Origin: an uncultured Candidatus Saccharibacteria bacterium
GTDB lineage: Bacteria; Patescibacteriota; Saccharimonadia; Saccharimonadales; Saccharimonadaceae
DNA: 64,000 nucleotides
Reading direction: 5' to 3'
NCBI GenBank assembly: GCA_964407015.1
Contig: CAYOTX010000001.1
Span: 1,708-65,707, forward strand
The position numbers and the translations under genes were made by a program. The notes beneath the pieces were generated by a model that was given only the letters and a program-made list of their open reading frames with translations, did no database searches and was not told the DNA's origin. Shown here in pieces: positions 37,765 to 48,541 of the stretch (the first letter of the stretch is position 1; each line of letters begins with the position of its first letter).

Positions 37765-39741
37765 TTAGCCACTTCTCATACATCGCACAGAGAGCCCGTA
37801 GAACTTCTTACTGTCGATGCAACTGTTGCCGGTGCCCCAGAAAGTCAGGTACCACGCATGGTTATTGGCGTACCGGGTGCTAGACCACCAGTACCCACCA
37901 CTCCCGACATTACGTTGAGAACCGGAGTAGAAGTTGCCAACAGTGTTCAAAGAACCATTATTAACTAGCGCCGTTCTAAACGTACTGTTTTTAATTTCTA
38001 AATCGCCTGAACCATACGTCAGCAATGCCCACCCAGCCGGACAAATAGAACCTAGCGCATAGCCATCGTTCGTCAATGTAGCGTCAGTATCTGACGTCGG
38101 ATCTGAGCACTGGTACGGATTCGCTATGGCTGCATACCAGTTATAGAAATACTCACCATTTTGATTACCTACAGTCATTATAGCTTTACAATAATAATCC
38201 TGGTCGGCAGAAGCCCAAGCTTCCGTAGGCAAAGTAAATGAAGTTTTTGTAACGCTTTTATTAGTATTTGGGTCTATATAAGTTACACCACCAGCCTTGA
38301 TGTCTGAATCGCCAGTCTTCAAAGTCATTCCACTTGCTACGGCTAAGTTGCTTAATATAAAGCAGAAACTGCTGTTACCACTAGTAATATAATTTACACC
38401 GTAGGCCTTACCGTCTCTAGCATCGTACTTTGTGCCAGCACAGCTTGCACTAGTGTTGGTAGTGGCTTGCAATGTATTAGCATTAAAGTTCCAAATGGCA
38501 TAGTATGTTATATCGTCTGTAGGAGTTATTCCTGTTGTTACAGCTGCGCCGGTGCCATCCGCCTTTACATTCCATTCTTTAAAACTAGTATAGCAATCTG
38601 CTCCGTTACACTGAGTATTTGGTTTAGTTATTGTAGGTAAAGTAGTCACTGTCCCATATGTTACGGTACTATCTGGCAAGTTAGTTCCAGAATAATTACT
38701 ATCCCAAGTTACCATATATGGGCGCCACATAGCGTAGAGTGTAATATTTGTATTACTAGTAGTTTGGTTTAATGTATATGCTAGATTACTTCCATCACCA
38801 TTTGGGTTGTAAGTAGTACCACTACAACTATCTATATTGTCAGTTTCTACTGGTTGCATACTACACCAACCTAGGAACTTACGACCAGTCCTAGTTGGCA
38901 CTGTGTTTGGTAATGTTACTATAGTATCATTTGTGCTACTGCCTAAGTCGTCTGGTAGGTTACTTACCGTCCCTTCTTCTGCATTACCTTTATTGAAGGT
39001 TATTTCATACGGTATAGGATTAGCCACAGCAGTAATTACAAAAGTATTAGTATATGAACCTTTAGGGATATCTGTACCTACTCTAGCGCCTATAGCCATA
39101 TTGTAGTTGTTAGCGGTTTCTGGGTTAGCTGTATCTGTAGCATCTAAAGTGATGGGTGTGGTAGTGGTAGGAGCTGGTAAGTAGTTAGTACTTTCTGATG
39201 TGCTTAGTTTGGTAAGTGTATAGCCCCAAGTATTGTTATACTGAATATTACTGTTACCCGAGAAGGCTTGCTCTGTAATACCGGCACTAGTTACCCCCTC
39301 TACCGTACCAATAGAAGAAATCCTGCCTATAATAGTCTGTTCATTGCCTTCTCCTGATGTTTGCACTAGATTAGCTGCATCTGCTTCATCACTACTAGCT
39401 GCTATACCTAGTGTATAGCCAGCAAAGTAGTTAGTAGTAGCACTTATGGTACTACTAGCAGTATCAGACTTAGCAAAAGTACCTGTGGTAGAGATTGGTT
39501 TTAAGTCTAAAGAAATACTATTAGCTATAGCGACATTGAGAAATGGGTCTGTAGCAAAGGTAGGATTACCAAATATAAATAAGCTAGACATTAGGCTGAC
39601 GGTAACCAACAATAGAATAGATGGGCAAAATAAGCGAGGTCGTAGTGCCAACGGAAGAAGTGAAAAGCCGTTGGCACTAAAACACCGCTTATTATTATCT
39701 TTATTTGCACCTATACTGTTATTTTGTGAAATATATTTCAC
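37765..39741 (-). CDS. Secreted FISUMP-type protein B with InlB-B/Flg_new-like repeats
   Basis: Signal, WxL-like domain, two F.GW/F.EW...LYA.W repeats, ICPAGW, WWSST...SVRC. Confidence 0.8.
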   Translation of the reverse strand: MKYISQNNSIGANKDNNKRCFSANGFSLLPLALRPRLFCPSILLLVTVSLMSSLFIFGNPTFATDPFLNVAIANSISLDLKPISTTGTFAKSDTASSTISATTNYFAGYTLGIAASSDEADAANLVQTSGEGNEQTIIGRISSIGTVEGVTSAGITEQAFSGNSNIQYNNTWGYTLTKLSTSESTNYLPAPTTTTPITLDATDTANPETANNYNMAIGARVGTDIPKGSYTNTFVITAVANPIPYEITFNKGNAEEGTVSNLPDDLGSSTNDTIVTLPNTVPTRTGRKFLGWCSMQPVETDNIDSCSGTTYNPNGDGSNLAYTLNQTTSNTNITLYAMWRPYMVTWDSNYSGTNLPDSTVTYGTVTTLPTITKPNTQCNGADCYTSFKEWNVKADGTGAAVTTGITPTDDITYYAIWNFNANTLQATTNTSASCAGTKYDARDGKAYGVNYITSGNSSFCFILSNLAVASGMTLKTGDSDIKAGGVTYIDPNTNKSVTKTSFTLPTEAWASADQDYYCKAIMTVGNQNGEYFYNWYAAIANPYQCSDPTSDTDATLTNDGYALGSICPAGWALLTYGSGDLEIKNSTFRTALVNNGSLNTVGNFYSGSQRNVGSGGYWWSSTRYANNHAWYLTFWGTGNSCIDSKKFYGLSVRCMRSG

Positions 39742-39761
39742 TGCTCACCTTTCTGTTTTAC

Positions 39762-39919
39762 TTCGCAGTGCCTACCTCCTATAAAAATGGCACCGCAAGG
39801 GGTGCTAATTCTCATCAACCTAATCAAGTTTATCAGGCAGTGATACCTTACGGCGCCATTTAACTGTCTGATAAACCTACATTATAAAAATAACTTGATT
39901 TATTAATGAGAATTAGCAT
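39762..39919 (-). ncRNA. Structured 5' leader RNA, copy 2
   Basis: P1 TGCTAATTCTCAT/ATGAGAATTAGCA after TACAAT; invariant 23-mer at 39783-39805. Confidence 0.7.
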
Positions 39920-40073
39920 TTTAATTGTACCGTGCTTTTGAAATATACACAAGGCTTTTTGCCGAAACTCAACGATTTTTCATTGACTTTTTGGCTGAAG
40001 TGTGGTATAATTAGGGTATAGGGCTAGTGACAAGGGCTCTATCTTTTTTTAGTTTTTATGTTATAATAGGGTT

Positions 40074-41426
40074 ATGAAACGCTTACCAATAGTAGCATTA
40101 ATCGGCCAGACCAATGCTGGAAAATCTAGCATTTTAAATAGAATGGCGCATAAAAATATCGCGATTGTGGCCCGCGAAGAGGGTACCACGCGCGATAATG
40201 TGATGGCTACTATTGATGATTCTTTTATTTTGATAGATACAGCCGGCCTGAAAGACCCGAACGATGATTTTGAAGCGTCTATTCAAGACCAAATTGCGGA
40301 CGCTATAGACGCAGCAGATGTAATACTGGTAACGCTAGATTCATCAAAATATTTCGATCACAAAGATGCAAAAATCGCCAAAGATGCTTTAAAATCTAAA
40401 AAACCAGTATATTTGGTGCTCAACAAATGTGACCTGGGCGAATCTTTGCCGGTTACTGAGTTTCGCGCGCTGGGTATTGCACCAGAGAATATTTACTATG
40501 TTTCGGCTACTACGGGACAAGGGATAAATAAGCTTAAAAATGTTTTGCCAAAAGGCAAGGTTAACACGGATACCGACGCGTTAAAAATCGCTTTAATCGG
40601 CCGGCCGAATGTAGGCAAGTCTAGCTTATTTAATACCCTCGGCAAAAAGCAGCAGGCCATAGTGTCGAGCCGGCAGGGCACTACGCGCGATGTTAACCGC
40701 GTACAGATCAAATACAAGGGCAGGGAATTAGAGATTTTGGACACAGCGGGGCTGCGCAAGCCTGGCAAGCGCGAAGTAGGGATTGAGAAATTCTCGGCGA
40801 TTCGTACCTTGGCGGCAATAGAAGAGGCCGACATCTGCTGCCTGCTAATAGATTCTACCGAGCCACATAGTAAATTAGACCAGTCGCTAGCCGGGCAGAT
40901 CGTAGAAGCGGGTAAGGGCATTATTATGGTAGTGACGAAATCCGATTTACTAGATGATGCCACCCCTACAAATTACTTCGGTGAAGAAAATGTAGGTAAC
41001 CGCACAGCGGCAGATTTCTTGATAGACGCTTTGGAAAAAGATTTTGACTTTTTGCCATATGCGCCGGTGTTAATTACAAGTTCAGAAACTGGCGAAAATG
41101 TAACGCAGCTATTTGAGTTGGCGCTTGAAATAGACCAAAACCGCCATACCAAGATTAAAACTTCAGACCTCAATAAGATTTTGAATGAAGCAATAGTGTC
41201 GCACCCACCAGCAGGGCTGAAAAATACACGACCAAAGCCAAAATACATCGTACAAACCGATATTTGCCCGCCATGGTTTGTGGTACATGGGCACGAAATG
41301 GGGCTGCTGCACTGGTCGTGGAAACGATTTCTAGAGCGCAAGATTCGGGAAAAATATCCGTTTATGGGCACGCCGATTATGTTCTCTTATCGTAGCGATG
41401 ATTCTGGTAAAAAATCTGAGCATTAA
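40074..41426 (+). CDS. der: Ribosome biogenesis GTPase Der
   Basis: Two G domains (GQTNAGKS, GRPNVGKS; TTRD twice; DTAGL twice). Confidence 0.95.
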   Translation: MKRLPIVALIGQTNAGKSSILNRMAHKNIAIVAREEGTTRDNVMATIDDSFILIDTAGLKDPNDDFEASIQDQIADAIDAADVILVTLDSSKYFDHKDAKIAKDALKSKKPVYLVLNKCDLGESLPVTEFRALGIAPENIYYVSATTGQGINKLKNVLPKGKVNTDTDALKIALIGRPNVGKSSLFNTLGKKQQAIVSSRQGTTRDVNRVQIKYKGRELEILDTAGLRKPGKREVGIEKFSAIRTLAAIEEADICCLLIDSTEPHSKLDQSLAGQIVEAGKGIIMVVTKSDLLDDATPTNYFGEENVGNRTAADFLIDALEKDFDFLPYAPVLITSSETGENVTQLFELALEIDQNRHTKIKTSDLNKILNEAIVSHPPAGLKNTRPKPKYIVQTDICPPWFVVHGHEMGLLHWSWKRFLERKIREKYPFMGTPIMFSYRSDDSGKKSEH

Positions 41427-41539
41427 CTCTTTTAAATATCCGCAAAATATAGTATAATATTGATAAGGTGGGAGCAGATTTGGCTCTCATTTTTCGTAAG
41501 AAAATAGACCTTGTACATTTACAAAAAAGAGGAATATGA

Positions 41540-43144
41540 ATGTTGAAAGGTCAGAAGTTTTATATAATCGACACCAATATTTTGGTTGACTATGTCGATG
41601 TGATACCATCACCTGATAACCCAGGGGTAGCGCTCGAGAAACCCACCATTGATTTAACCGGAGCTCATCTGGTAATACCATCGGTAGTAATTAGCGAGCT
41701 GTCTAGCTTTAAGCGCGAAAAAAGCGAGCGAGGCAAAGCAGCCAGGACGGTGCTCAAAAGGATACGCCAAATGGTGGAATCTAATCCCACACCAGCTGCA
41801 GGCCAAGCTTACCAACTTGAAGCGCCGATCGAAATTAAAGAGAGGAAACAATTAATTTCTATTTTGCCGGTGCACAAAAAGTTTAAAGATACCTCGCCGT
41901 TTAGCCCTTCAAAAGACGATATGGACGGCCAGATTATCTTGGCAGCAATTGCTGCGTCTTTTATTGCGGAAGAGCTGCCTATTGACGGCACCGCCGAAGC
42001 TAGCGACTTTTTAAAACCGCGGGGTGCGGACGTAACCGTACTTACCAACGACAACGGCCTGGCTACACGCGCCAGAAATAGGGGTCTCAAAACAGATCGC
42101 TATGGCTATAAGTATCCAGATCCGTATACCGGCAGGAGAGATTTGGTCGTACCCAAAGATTTGCTGACTGAATTCTTTGCTATGCACCGAATTGAGCTGG
42201 CAGATTGGGAAGATTATATGCCCGAGCAGCCCAAGCTCATAGCGAATGAGTTTATCGTAATGAGGCTTGAAAACGAAAAGGATTACCCGGCCGATTACGA
42301 CCCGAGGAATGATCCGTATTTTTCTAATATTGGCAGATACGATGCCGAGGAACAGGCCATTGTAGGCTTGGAGCATGTTAGAAACTTTCCGGTTTACCCA
42401 AAGAATAATGGCCAGGCAATTTATGCTGAAGCCCTGATGCTGCCAAATATTGCAGCCGTAGTCTGCACTGGCCCGGCTGGTTCGGGCAAGACTTATATGT
42501 CTACCATCTATGGCTATAAATCTTGCGTAGACGAACGCTTTATCGGCGTGACGGTAGTGCCATGCGAAAGTCACAGCACCATTGGCGCATTGCCGGGAGA
42601 TTTGGACGAAAAAATGGATCCTGATGTGCAGCCGCTAAAAAATGCCCTGCGCAATTACCTAATCAGCGAAGACAAAACTTTCCAGAAAAAGTTTGCCAAA
42701 CTCGGCAACAAATCTGATAGCAAAGCTGACCCGGAGCCATTTTACGCTCCAGAAGAAAAGACGAAAAAATCTATCAAGACCGAGCTGGCCGAGCGAGTGG
42801 AATTGATTTGGGGTAATTGGTTTTCTAATATCCCGATCGAAAATGCGCGTGGTCGCGATTTTGCTTGCGAACTTGCGATTTACGACGAGTTCCAGGACCA
42901 AAGCGCAATGCAGGCCGACACTTTAATTAAGCGTATCGGTAAAGACGGTAAAATTGTGCTGACTGGTGACATCCAGCAGATTCATGCGCCGTATTTAGAT
43001 CAGTCTAACAACGGCCTGGTATATGCTTCGCGTCTACTAATGGACAACACTATGGTGGCACAAGTGCATTTTACCGAAGATGAAGTCGTACGGCATCCGC
43101 TAGTTAAAGAGGTAGCCAGACGACAGAAAGATAAGAAATTATAA
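41540..43144 (+). CDS. PIN-PhoH family protein
   Basis: IDTNIL PIN motif; GPAGSGKT; RGRDF...DEFQ; LTGDIQQI. Confidence 0.9.
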   Translation: MLKGQKFYIIDTNILVDYVDVIPSPDNPGVALEKPTIDLTGAHLVIPSVVISELSSFKREKSERGKAARTVLKRIRQMVESNPTPAAGQAYQLEAPIEIKERKQLISILPVHKKFKDTSPFSPSKDDMDGQIILAAIAASFIAEELPIDGTAEASDFLKPRGADVTVLTNDNGLATRARNRGLKTDRYGYKYPDPYTGRRDLVVPKDLLTEFFAMHRIELADWEDYMPEQPKLIANEFIVMRLENEKDYPADYDPRNDPYFSNIGRYDAEEQAIVGLEHVRNFPVYPKNNGQAIYAEALMLPNIAAVVCTGPAGSGKTYMSTIYGYKSCVDERFIGVTVVPCESHSTIGALPGDLDEKMDPDVQPLKNALRNYLISEDKTFQKKFAKLGNKSDSKADPEPFYAPEEKTKKSIKTELAERVELIWGNWFSNIPIENARGRDFACELAIYDEFQDQSAMQADTLIKRIGKDGKIVLTGDIQQIHAPYLDQSNNGLVYASRLLMDNTMVAQVHFTEDEVVRHPLVKEVARRQKDKKL

Positions 43145-43325
43145 CTCTATTTTCTCCTTTTCTGGGGCCCCGCTATGTTATGTGGCGGGGCTTTTTCGTG
43201 GTTTATTTGGATAAGATTTTGATAGTTTGTCTGGGCAGGATATGGCTTTGGGGTTGCCTGAATAGGGACGGTTTTAGTGGTTTACTCAGGTAGGGACGAT
43301 TTTGGCGGTATGGTATAATACAGAT

Positions 43326-43847
43326 ATGAAACTAATAGTAGGGCTAGGCAATCCAGGGGCGCGATATAATTTTACACGGCATAATTTTGGGTTTTTGGCG
43401 CTAGATTTCTATTTTAAGCGGTATAACCTTACTTGGGGGGACAAACCGCGCTACGGGGCTTTGTGGAGCCGTAAAGGCGATGTGTTGTTTATTAAACCAC
43501 AGGATTTTTACAATGAAAGTGGGCGAGCGGTGCAAGAATTTGTGCGGTTTTACAAGATTCCGCTATCTGATATTTTGGTGATTTGCGATGATTTTAACCT
43601 AGATTTTGGGCGGATGCGTTACCGAGCACAGGGGTCAGCCGGGGGAAATAATGGGCTAAAATCGGTAATTTCAACATTAGGCACAGCTGAATTTGCTAGA
43701 TTAAGATTAGGCACAGGGAATGATGAGTTGCGCAATAAAATGGGGGATATGGATTTTGTGCTGTCTAAATTTACCTCAGAGGAAAAGGTAAAATTGCCAG
43801 AGATTTTGGGGGAAGTGGTGGGGAAGATTGACGAGATTATCGCTTAG
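43326..43847 (+). CDS. pth: Peptidyl-tRNA hydrolase
   Basis: MKLIVGLGNPG..Y..TRHN.GF; GSAGGNNGLKS. Confidence 0.97.
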   Translation: MKLIVGLGNPGARYNFTRHNFGFLALDFYFKRYNLTWGDKPRYGALWSRKGDVLFIKPQDFYNESGRAVQEFVRFYKIPLSDILVICDDFNLDFGRMRYRAQGSAGGNNGLKSVISTLGTAEFARLRLGTGNDELRNKMGDMDFVLSKFTSEEKVKLPEILGEVVGKIDEIIA

Positions 43848-44121
43848 TTTGAATCTCAAAACTCGTATTTCTGTTTAGCAGTTTTGCGGCACACAGCGTA
43901 CAAACCTATTGACTTCTGTCGTCGGGACTAAAAACAGAGAATATGAAGCTGCAATTGGCGAAGTATAAAACTTATGTTTTTACACTTTCTTTTGCAAATG
44001 TAAAAAATATGCTACAATAGTACAGGAATTTATTAGAAATCGTAGTTGACATTGTGATAAAACTATGATATTATAAGTAAAATTAACAATATTAACAGTA
44101 GTGGGACAAGGAGACCTATTG

Positions 44122-45150
44122 ATGGAGCAAAATGCGGAAATCCTCGAAAATGCAATCTCTGGCAGTCTAAAAATCATTGAACAAGACCGCGAAAAAGAAA
44201 TTATTTCTAGGCGATTTGGGCTGACCGGAACAAAAGAAACCCTTGAACAAATTGGCGAAATGTTGTCAATTACTAGGGAACGAGTTAGACAACTCGAAAA
44301 GGCAATTCTTATTCGTCTCCAAATTTCCGCTGAGGAGAATCAAATCCCAGAACTTGCCCCTGCTGAAAAACTTTTGGTACGTAATCTGACTGAAATGGGT
44401 CGCGTAGCTAAGATTTCTGACCTCGCTGACAAAGTTTATGGAAGGGAAACCACCGCGTCCGAAAAGACCGGCATTTATTTTATAGCGACTTTTTCTAAGA
44501 GTTTAACTGTAGTAGAAGAAAACGATCGCTACCATGCAGCAGTGGGTATTGCCGAATACGGCGATAGCAAGGCAATTCGCGAAAAAGTAGACGAAATCGT
44601 GAAGGTGATTAAAGATAACAAAAAGCCAATGACTATCGACGAGCTTGACAATAAGCTAGATTATGAGCACCCTAACTATATTAAAGCCGTGGCGTCAATA
44701 TCTAAGCTACTTGCTACTCTAAACGGCGTGTGGGGCCTTGCCAAATGGCCGGCAGTAAACCCAAAGAATATTCGTGATAAGATTTTTGTGATACTAGAGA
44801 CTAGAAAAGAGCCAATGCATTTTTCGGATATTGCGGCGGAGATTGCTAAGAGTAATTTCAAACGCAAGAATGTAACAATCCAGGCAATTCATAACGAACT
44901 AATCAAAGACGACCGTTTCGTGCTAATCGGGCGGGGAATTTATGCGCTAAGTTCGTGGGGATACAAGAAGGGAACCATCTCCGATATTATTAAATCTATC
45001 CTGGAAAAGGCCGGTAAGCCATTAACGCGTGAAGAGATAGTAAAACAGGTGCTGAAAGTACGCAAGGTAAAGGAGACCACGATACTATTAAATTTGCAAA
45101 ATAAGGCGTTATTTAAGAAAGTTGATAAAAACTCTTATACTTTGGCCTAG
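44122..45150 (+). CDS. Sigma70 region 4 plus HARE-HTH protein
   Basis: TLEQIGEMLSITRERVRQLE; TIQAIHNELIKDDRFVLIGRGIYAL; RBS AAGGAG supports ATG 44122. Confidence 0.8.
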   Translation: MEQNAEILENAISGSLKIIEQDREKEIISRRFGLTGTKETLEQIGEMLSITRERVRQLEKAILIRLQISAEENQIPELAPAEKLLVRNLTEMGRVAKISDLADKVYGRETTASEKTGIYFIATFSKSLTVVEENDRYHAAVGIAEYGDSKAIREKVDEIVKVIKDNKKPMTIDELDNKLDYEHPNYIKAVASISKLLATLNGVWGLAKWPAVNPKNIRDKIFVILETRKEPMHFSDIAAEIAKSNFKRKNVTIQAIHNELIKDDRFVLIGRGIYALSSWGYKKGTISDIIKSILEKAGKPLTREEIVKQVLKVRKVKETTILLNLQNKALFKKVDKNSYTLA

Positions 45151-45167
45151 TGTGGTAGAATAATTAT

Positions 45168-48100
45168 ATGGAACAAGTCATACATTTTATTTTAATGCCT
45201 ATCTTCTGGATTCCGGTGGTGGGGATACTGGCGTTTTTGACTTACCGGAATTATAAGAAGTTGAACACCCTGAAAGTGCTAAATGTGGATTCGGTACTTT
45301 TGATGCTAGAAATTCCGCGCACCAATGATAAAAAGGAGCTGGCGGCCGAGCAATTATTTGCGTCGCTTCACGGGATTTTGAGAGATAAAAGGGAATTAAA
45401 GAATAGTGGCGGAGTGCAAGAGCATTTATCGTTTGAAATTGTGTCTACCGCAGGGCAAATACGGTTTTACGTGTGGGTACCAAAAGTGCTACAAAGTTTT
45501 GTAGAGGGGCAGATTTATTCGCAATACCCAACTGTACAAATCTACAAAATGAATGAAGACTATGCCGATGGACGCAATAAGTACCCGGTGAGTTATTCTA
45601 CAGAGTTAGGCCTAATAGACAACGAAGCTTTACCGATTAAAACTTTTGACACCTTCGAGGTGGACCCACTGGCGGGTATTACTGGGACATTGGCGAAACT
45701 TAGCCCGGATAATTCTGAAGAACTCTGGGTTCAAATATTGGCGCGCCCGATTCCGGATGATTGGCACAAAAACACCACAGATAAGTGGATTCGACGCATC
45801 AAATCTGGCAAAAAATCGCTTTTTGCAGGTACCGGCATAGATTGGACCTGGATAGCAGAGGCGATTGGTGCGCTGTTTCGCCCACCGGCAGGGGGTACAG
45901 GGTCTGATGTAAAAGTAGAGCTATCTGAGCGCGACAAAAACCGCATCGCCAAGGCAGAAGAAAAGGCCACAAAGCTGGGCTATGAGGTAAAAATCCGCCT
46001 GGCCTACTTAGGGCAAAACCAAACTGATGCAAAGCTTAATATGCAAGCCCTAGTCGGAACCTTTAAGCAGTATAATTCTACGAATTTGAATGGGTTTAAG
46101 CAAATAGGCGGCTCGTTTAATCCTAGTGACCTAGATGCCTATAAAATGCGACAATTTTCTAGCCGCGGGTTTATCTTGAATATCTCCGAGCTGGCTAGCG
46201 TGTATCATTTGCCACATACATCAGTAGAGACGCCAAATATCGTGTGGGCCTCCTCCAAAACTGCTGAGCCACCAGCAAAACTACCGGTATTAACTGGCGA
46301 GGTTTCTAACGATGAAAATATTTCGGCCTTTGGGTTAACGAATTTCCGTGGAATTAACCATCAGTTTGGCTTGCTGCGTCGCGATAGAAGCCGTCATGTA
46401 TATATTATTGGACAAACAGGGGCAGGGAAAAGCGGTATGTTGGAGCTTTTGGCTCTCTCTGATGTATTCTACAACCAAGGGTATTGTATTATTGATCCGC
46501 ACGGGGATTTTGCAATAGATAACTTGCGGTTCGTACCTGAATCTCGTGTAAAAGATGTAGTGTATTTTAACCCAGCGGATACAGCCTTCCCTGTGGCGTT
46601 TAACCCGTTAGAGATTACTGATCCCGCCCGCAAGCCGAACATTTGTTCGGAAGTAATAGGGGTGCTAAAACGGATGTTCGGCGACTCTTGGGGGCCGAGG
46701 CTAGAGCATATCTTGCGCTATACTTTGTTGGCGCTTCTAGATAGGCCAGAGACTACACTACTCGATATTTCTAGACTTCTGACTGATAAAGAATTCCGCA
46801 AGGAAACTTTGGATTATTGTAAAGATGTGACGGTGCTACAATTCTGGAAGCATGAGTTTGGCCAATGGAACGAGAAACAGGTGAATGAATCTATTGCACC
46901 GGTACTTAATAAGGTGGGCGCCTTTACTGCCAACCCAATTATCCGTAATATTATTGGGCAACCAAAATCTTCGTTTGATATCCGCAAAATCATGGACGAG
47001 GGAAAGATATTGGTAGTAAACCTTTCTAAGGGACTAATCGGGGAAGACAACGCAGGGATTTTGGGTGCATTCTTGGTGACTAAGGTACAGCTGGCAGCAA
47101 TGTCGCGCTCTGATATCCCTGACGTAGCAGACCGGCGACCATTTTACTTATACGTGGATGAATTTCAGAACTTTGCTACAGATTCGTTTGCCGTAATCCT
47201 CTCCGAGGCGCGTAAATACGGCCTGAATTTGACAGTGGCGAACCAATACGTAGCCCAGATGACCGATAGCGTGCGTGACGCGGTATTTGGCAACGTAGGT
47301 ACAACCATCAGTTTCCGGGTATCCGCTGACGATGCGCCGATATTAGTAAAGCAATTCGAGCCGACTTTTGAAGAAAGCGATATTATTCAGCTAAATAACC
47401 GGCACTTCGTGATTTCGATGATTATTAACGGCGAGAAGGTACCGGCTTTCTCGGCTACTACCCTTTCTATCCCAGACACACCAAAGGATAACTTTGATGC
47501 GATTATTGCACACTCGCGCGAAAATTACGCTCGCCCAAGGATGGAGGTAGAAGCGGAGATTCGCGAGACGATCGAGCAGTCTGAAAAATATAAAAAGAAT
47601 TTGTCCGACTCTGGGCGCCAAGAGGAGCCACGCCTAGTGATAAATAATGCTGAACAGCCAGTATTTAGGCCAGTAATGCGTGAGAAAAAAGAGTTTTCTA
47701 CTTCTATTCGTACCAACGGCCCAAGTTTCTCTTCCGAACAAAAACCGAACTTAAGATACCAGACTACTCCGCAAGCGGATTTTCGCAAACAAAATCTTAG
47801 CCCAAATGCTGCCGAAGGTAAAGAAAGATTAGGGTTGAAAGATTTGGCAAAATTAGTAGCAGAAAACCAGGGAAACAGTGCAGAGAAAAAGGTAGACACT
47901 GCGCCGGCGTCCGCTAAAAAGGGAAAGACTAATAATAAAAATAAGAGACGTAACGACAGAAAGGGGAAGAAACATCCTGGAAAGTCGCACAATAATGCAA
48001 ATGCGAATATTACAGAGAGAGATAGAGCAATTCCCCCTGTTAAGCCGAACATAAATGCTAGCAACAATCAGATTCATTCTGCCTCTGTTAACCCAGAGGT

Positions 48101-48236
48101 AGAATACCAAGAAAAATCAGTGGTAGATATAAAGCCGTCTCATAATTCTCTACCCCTGTCTACCCCTGTTAAGCACACAGAAGATTTTGCCAGTAAGGAT
48201 AACTCTGTAGATGGATTTTTATCTATAAAACATTAA
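45168..48236 (+). CDS. VirD4/TraD-like (HerA-FtsK superfamily) ATPase
   Basis: HVYIIGQTGAGKS, IDPHGD, LYVDEFQN, EARKY; long disordered C-terminus. Confidence 0.85.
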   Translation: MEQVIHFILMPIFWIPVVGILAFLTYRNYKKLNTLKVLNVDSVLLMLEIPRTNDKKELAAEQLFASLHGILRDKRELKNSGGVQEHLSFEIVSTAGQIRFYVWVPKVLQSFVEGQIYSQYPTVQIYKMNEDYADGRNKYPVSYSTELGLIDNEALPIKTFDTFEVDPLAGITGTLAKLSPDNSEELWVQILARPIPDDWHKNTTDKWIRRIKSGKKSLFAGTGIDWTWIAEAIGALFRPPAGGTGSDVKVELSERDKNRIAKAEEKATKLGYEVKIRLAYLGQNQTDAKLNMQALVGTFKQYNSTNLNGFKQIGGSFNPSDLDAYKMRQFSSRGFILNISELASVYHLPHTSVETPNIVWASSKTAEPPAKLPVLTGEVSNDENISAFGLTNFRGINHQFGLLRRDRSRHVYIIGQTGAGKSGMLELLALSDVFYNQGYCIIDPHGDFAIDNLRFVPESRVKDVVYFNPADTAFPVAFNPLEITDPARKPNICSEVIGVLKRMFGDSWGPRLEHILRYTLLALLDRPETTLLDISRLLTDKEFRKETLDYCKDVTVLQFWKHEFGQWNEKQVNESIAPVLNKVGAFTANPIIRNIIGQPKSSFDIRKIMDEGKILVVNLSKGLIGEDNAGILGAFLVTKVQLAAMSRSDIPDVADRRPFYLYVDEFQNFATDSFAVILSEARKYGLNLTVANQYVAQMTDSVRDAVFGNVGTTISFRVSADDAPILVKQFEPTFEESDIIQLNNRHFVISMIINGEKVPAFSATTLSIPDTPKDNFDAIIAHSRENYARPRMEVEAEIRETIEQSEKYKKNLSDSGRQEEPRLVINNAEQPVFRPVMREKKEFSTSIRTNGPSFSSEQKPNLRYQTTPQADFRKQNLSPNAAEGKERLGLKDLAKLVAENQGNSAEKKVDTAPASAKKGKTNNKNKRRNDRKGKKHPGKSHNNANANITERDRAIPPVKPNINASNNQIHSASVNPEVEYQEKSVVDIKPSHNSLPLSTPVKHTEDFASKDNSVDGFLSIKH

Positions 48237-48541
48237 ATATGGGGTGAGATTAAGATATCTTTAAAAGATCCGGGTTTAGGCAGAAATAAACCCGGATTTT
48301 TACAGAAAGAAACAAAAACATGCAAAAATCTGCAGCCAACCAGAAAAATAAGTAATTTTTGGACGAACAAGCAATCGTCTTTTTTATATAGTTTTAATGT
48401 CGCACAATGTAGATTTTAAGACATTACGGTTATGGTTTTTAGACGGCTAAGTTATCATCTTTTGCAGGCAAGTTTTTCCTGACAGGCGGGAATTACGACT
48501 AAAATCGTTTTTCGACTAGCTGTAGTCCTTATTTTAGTTAC

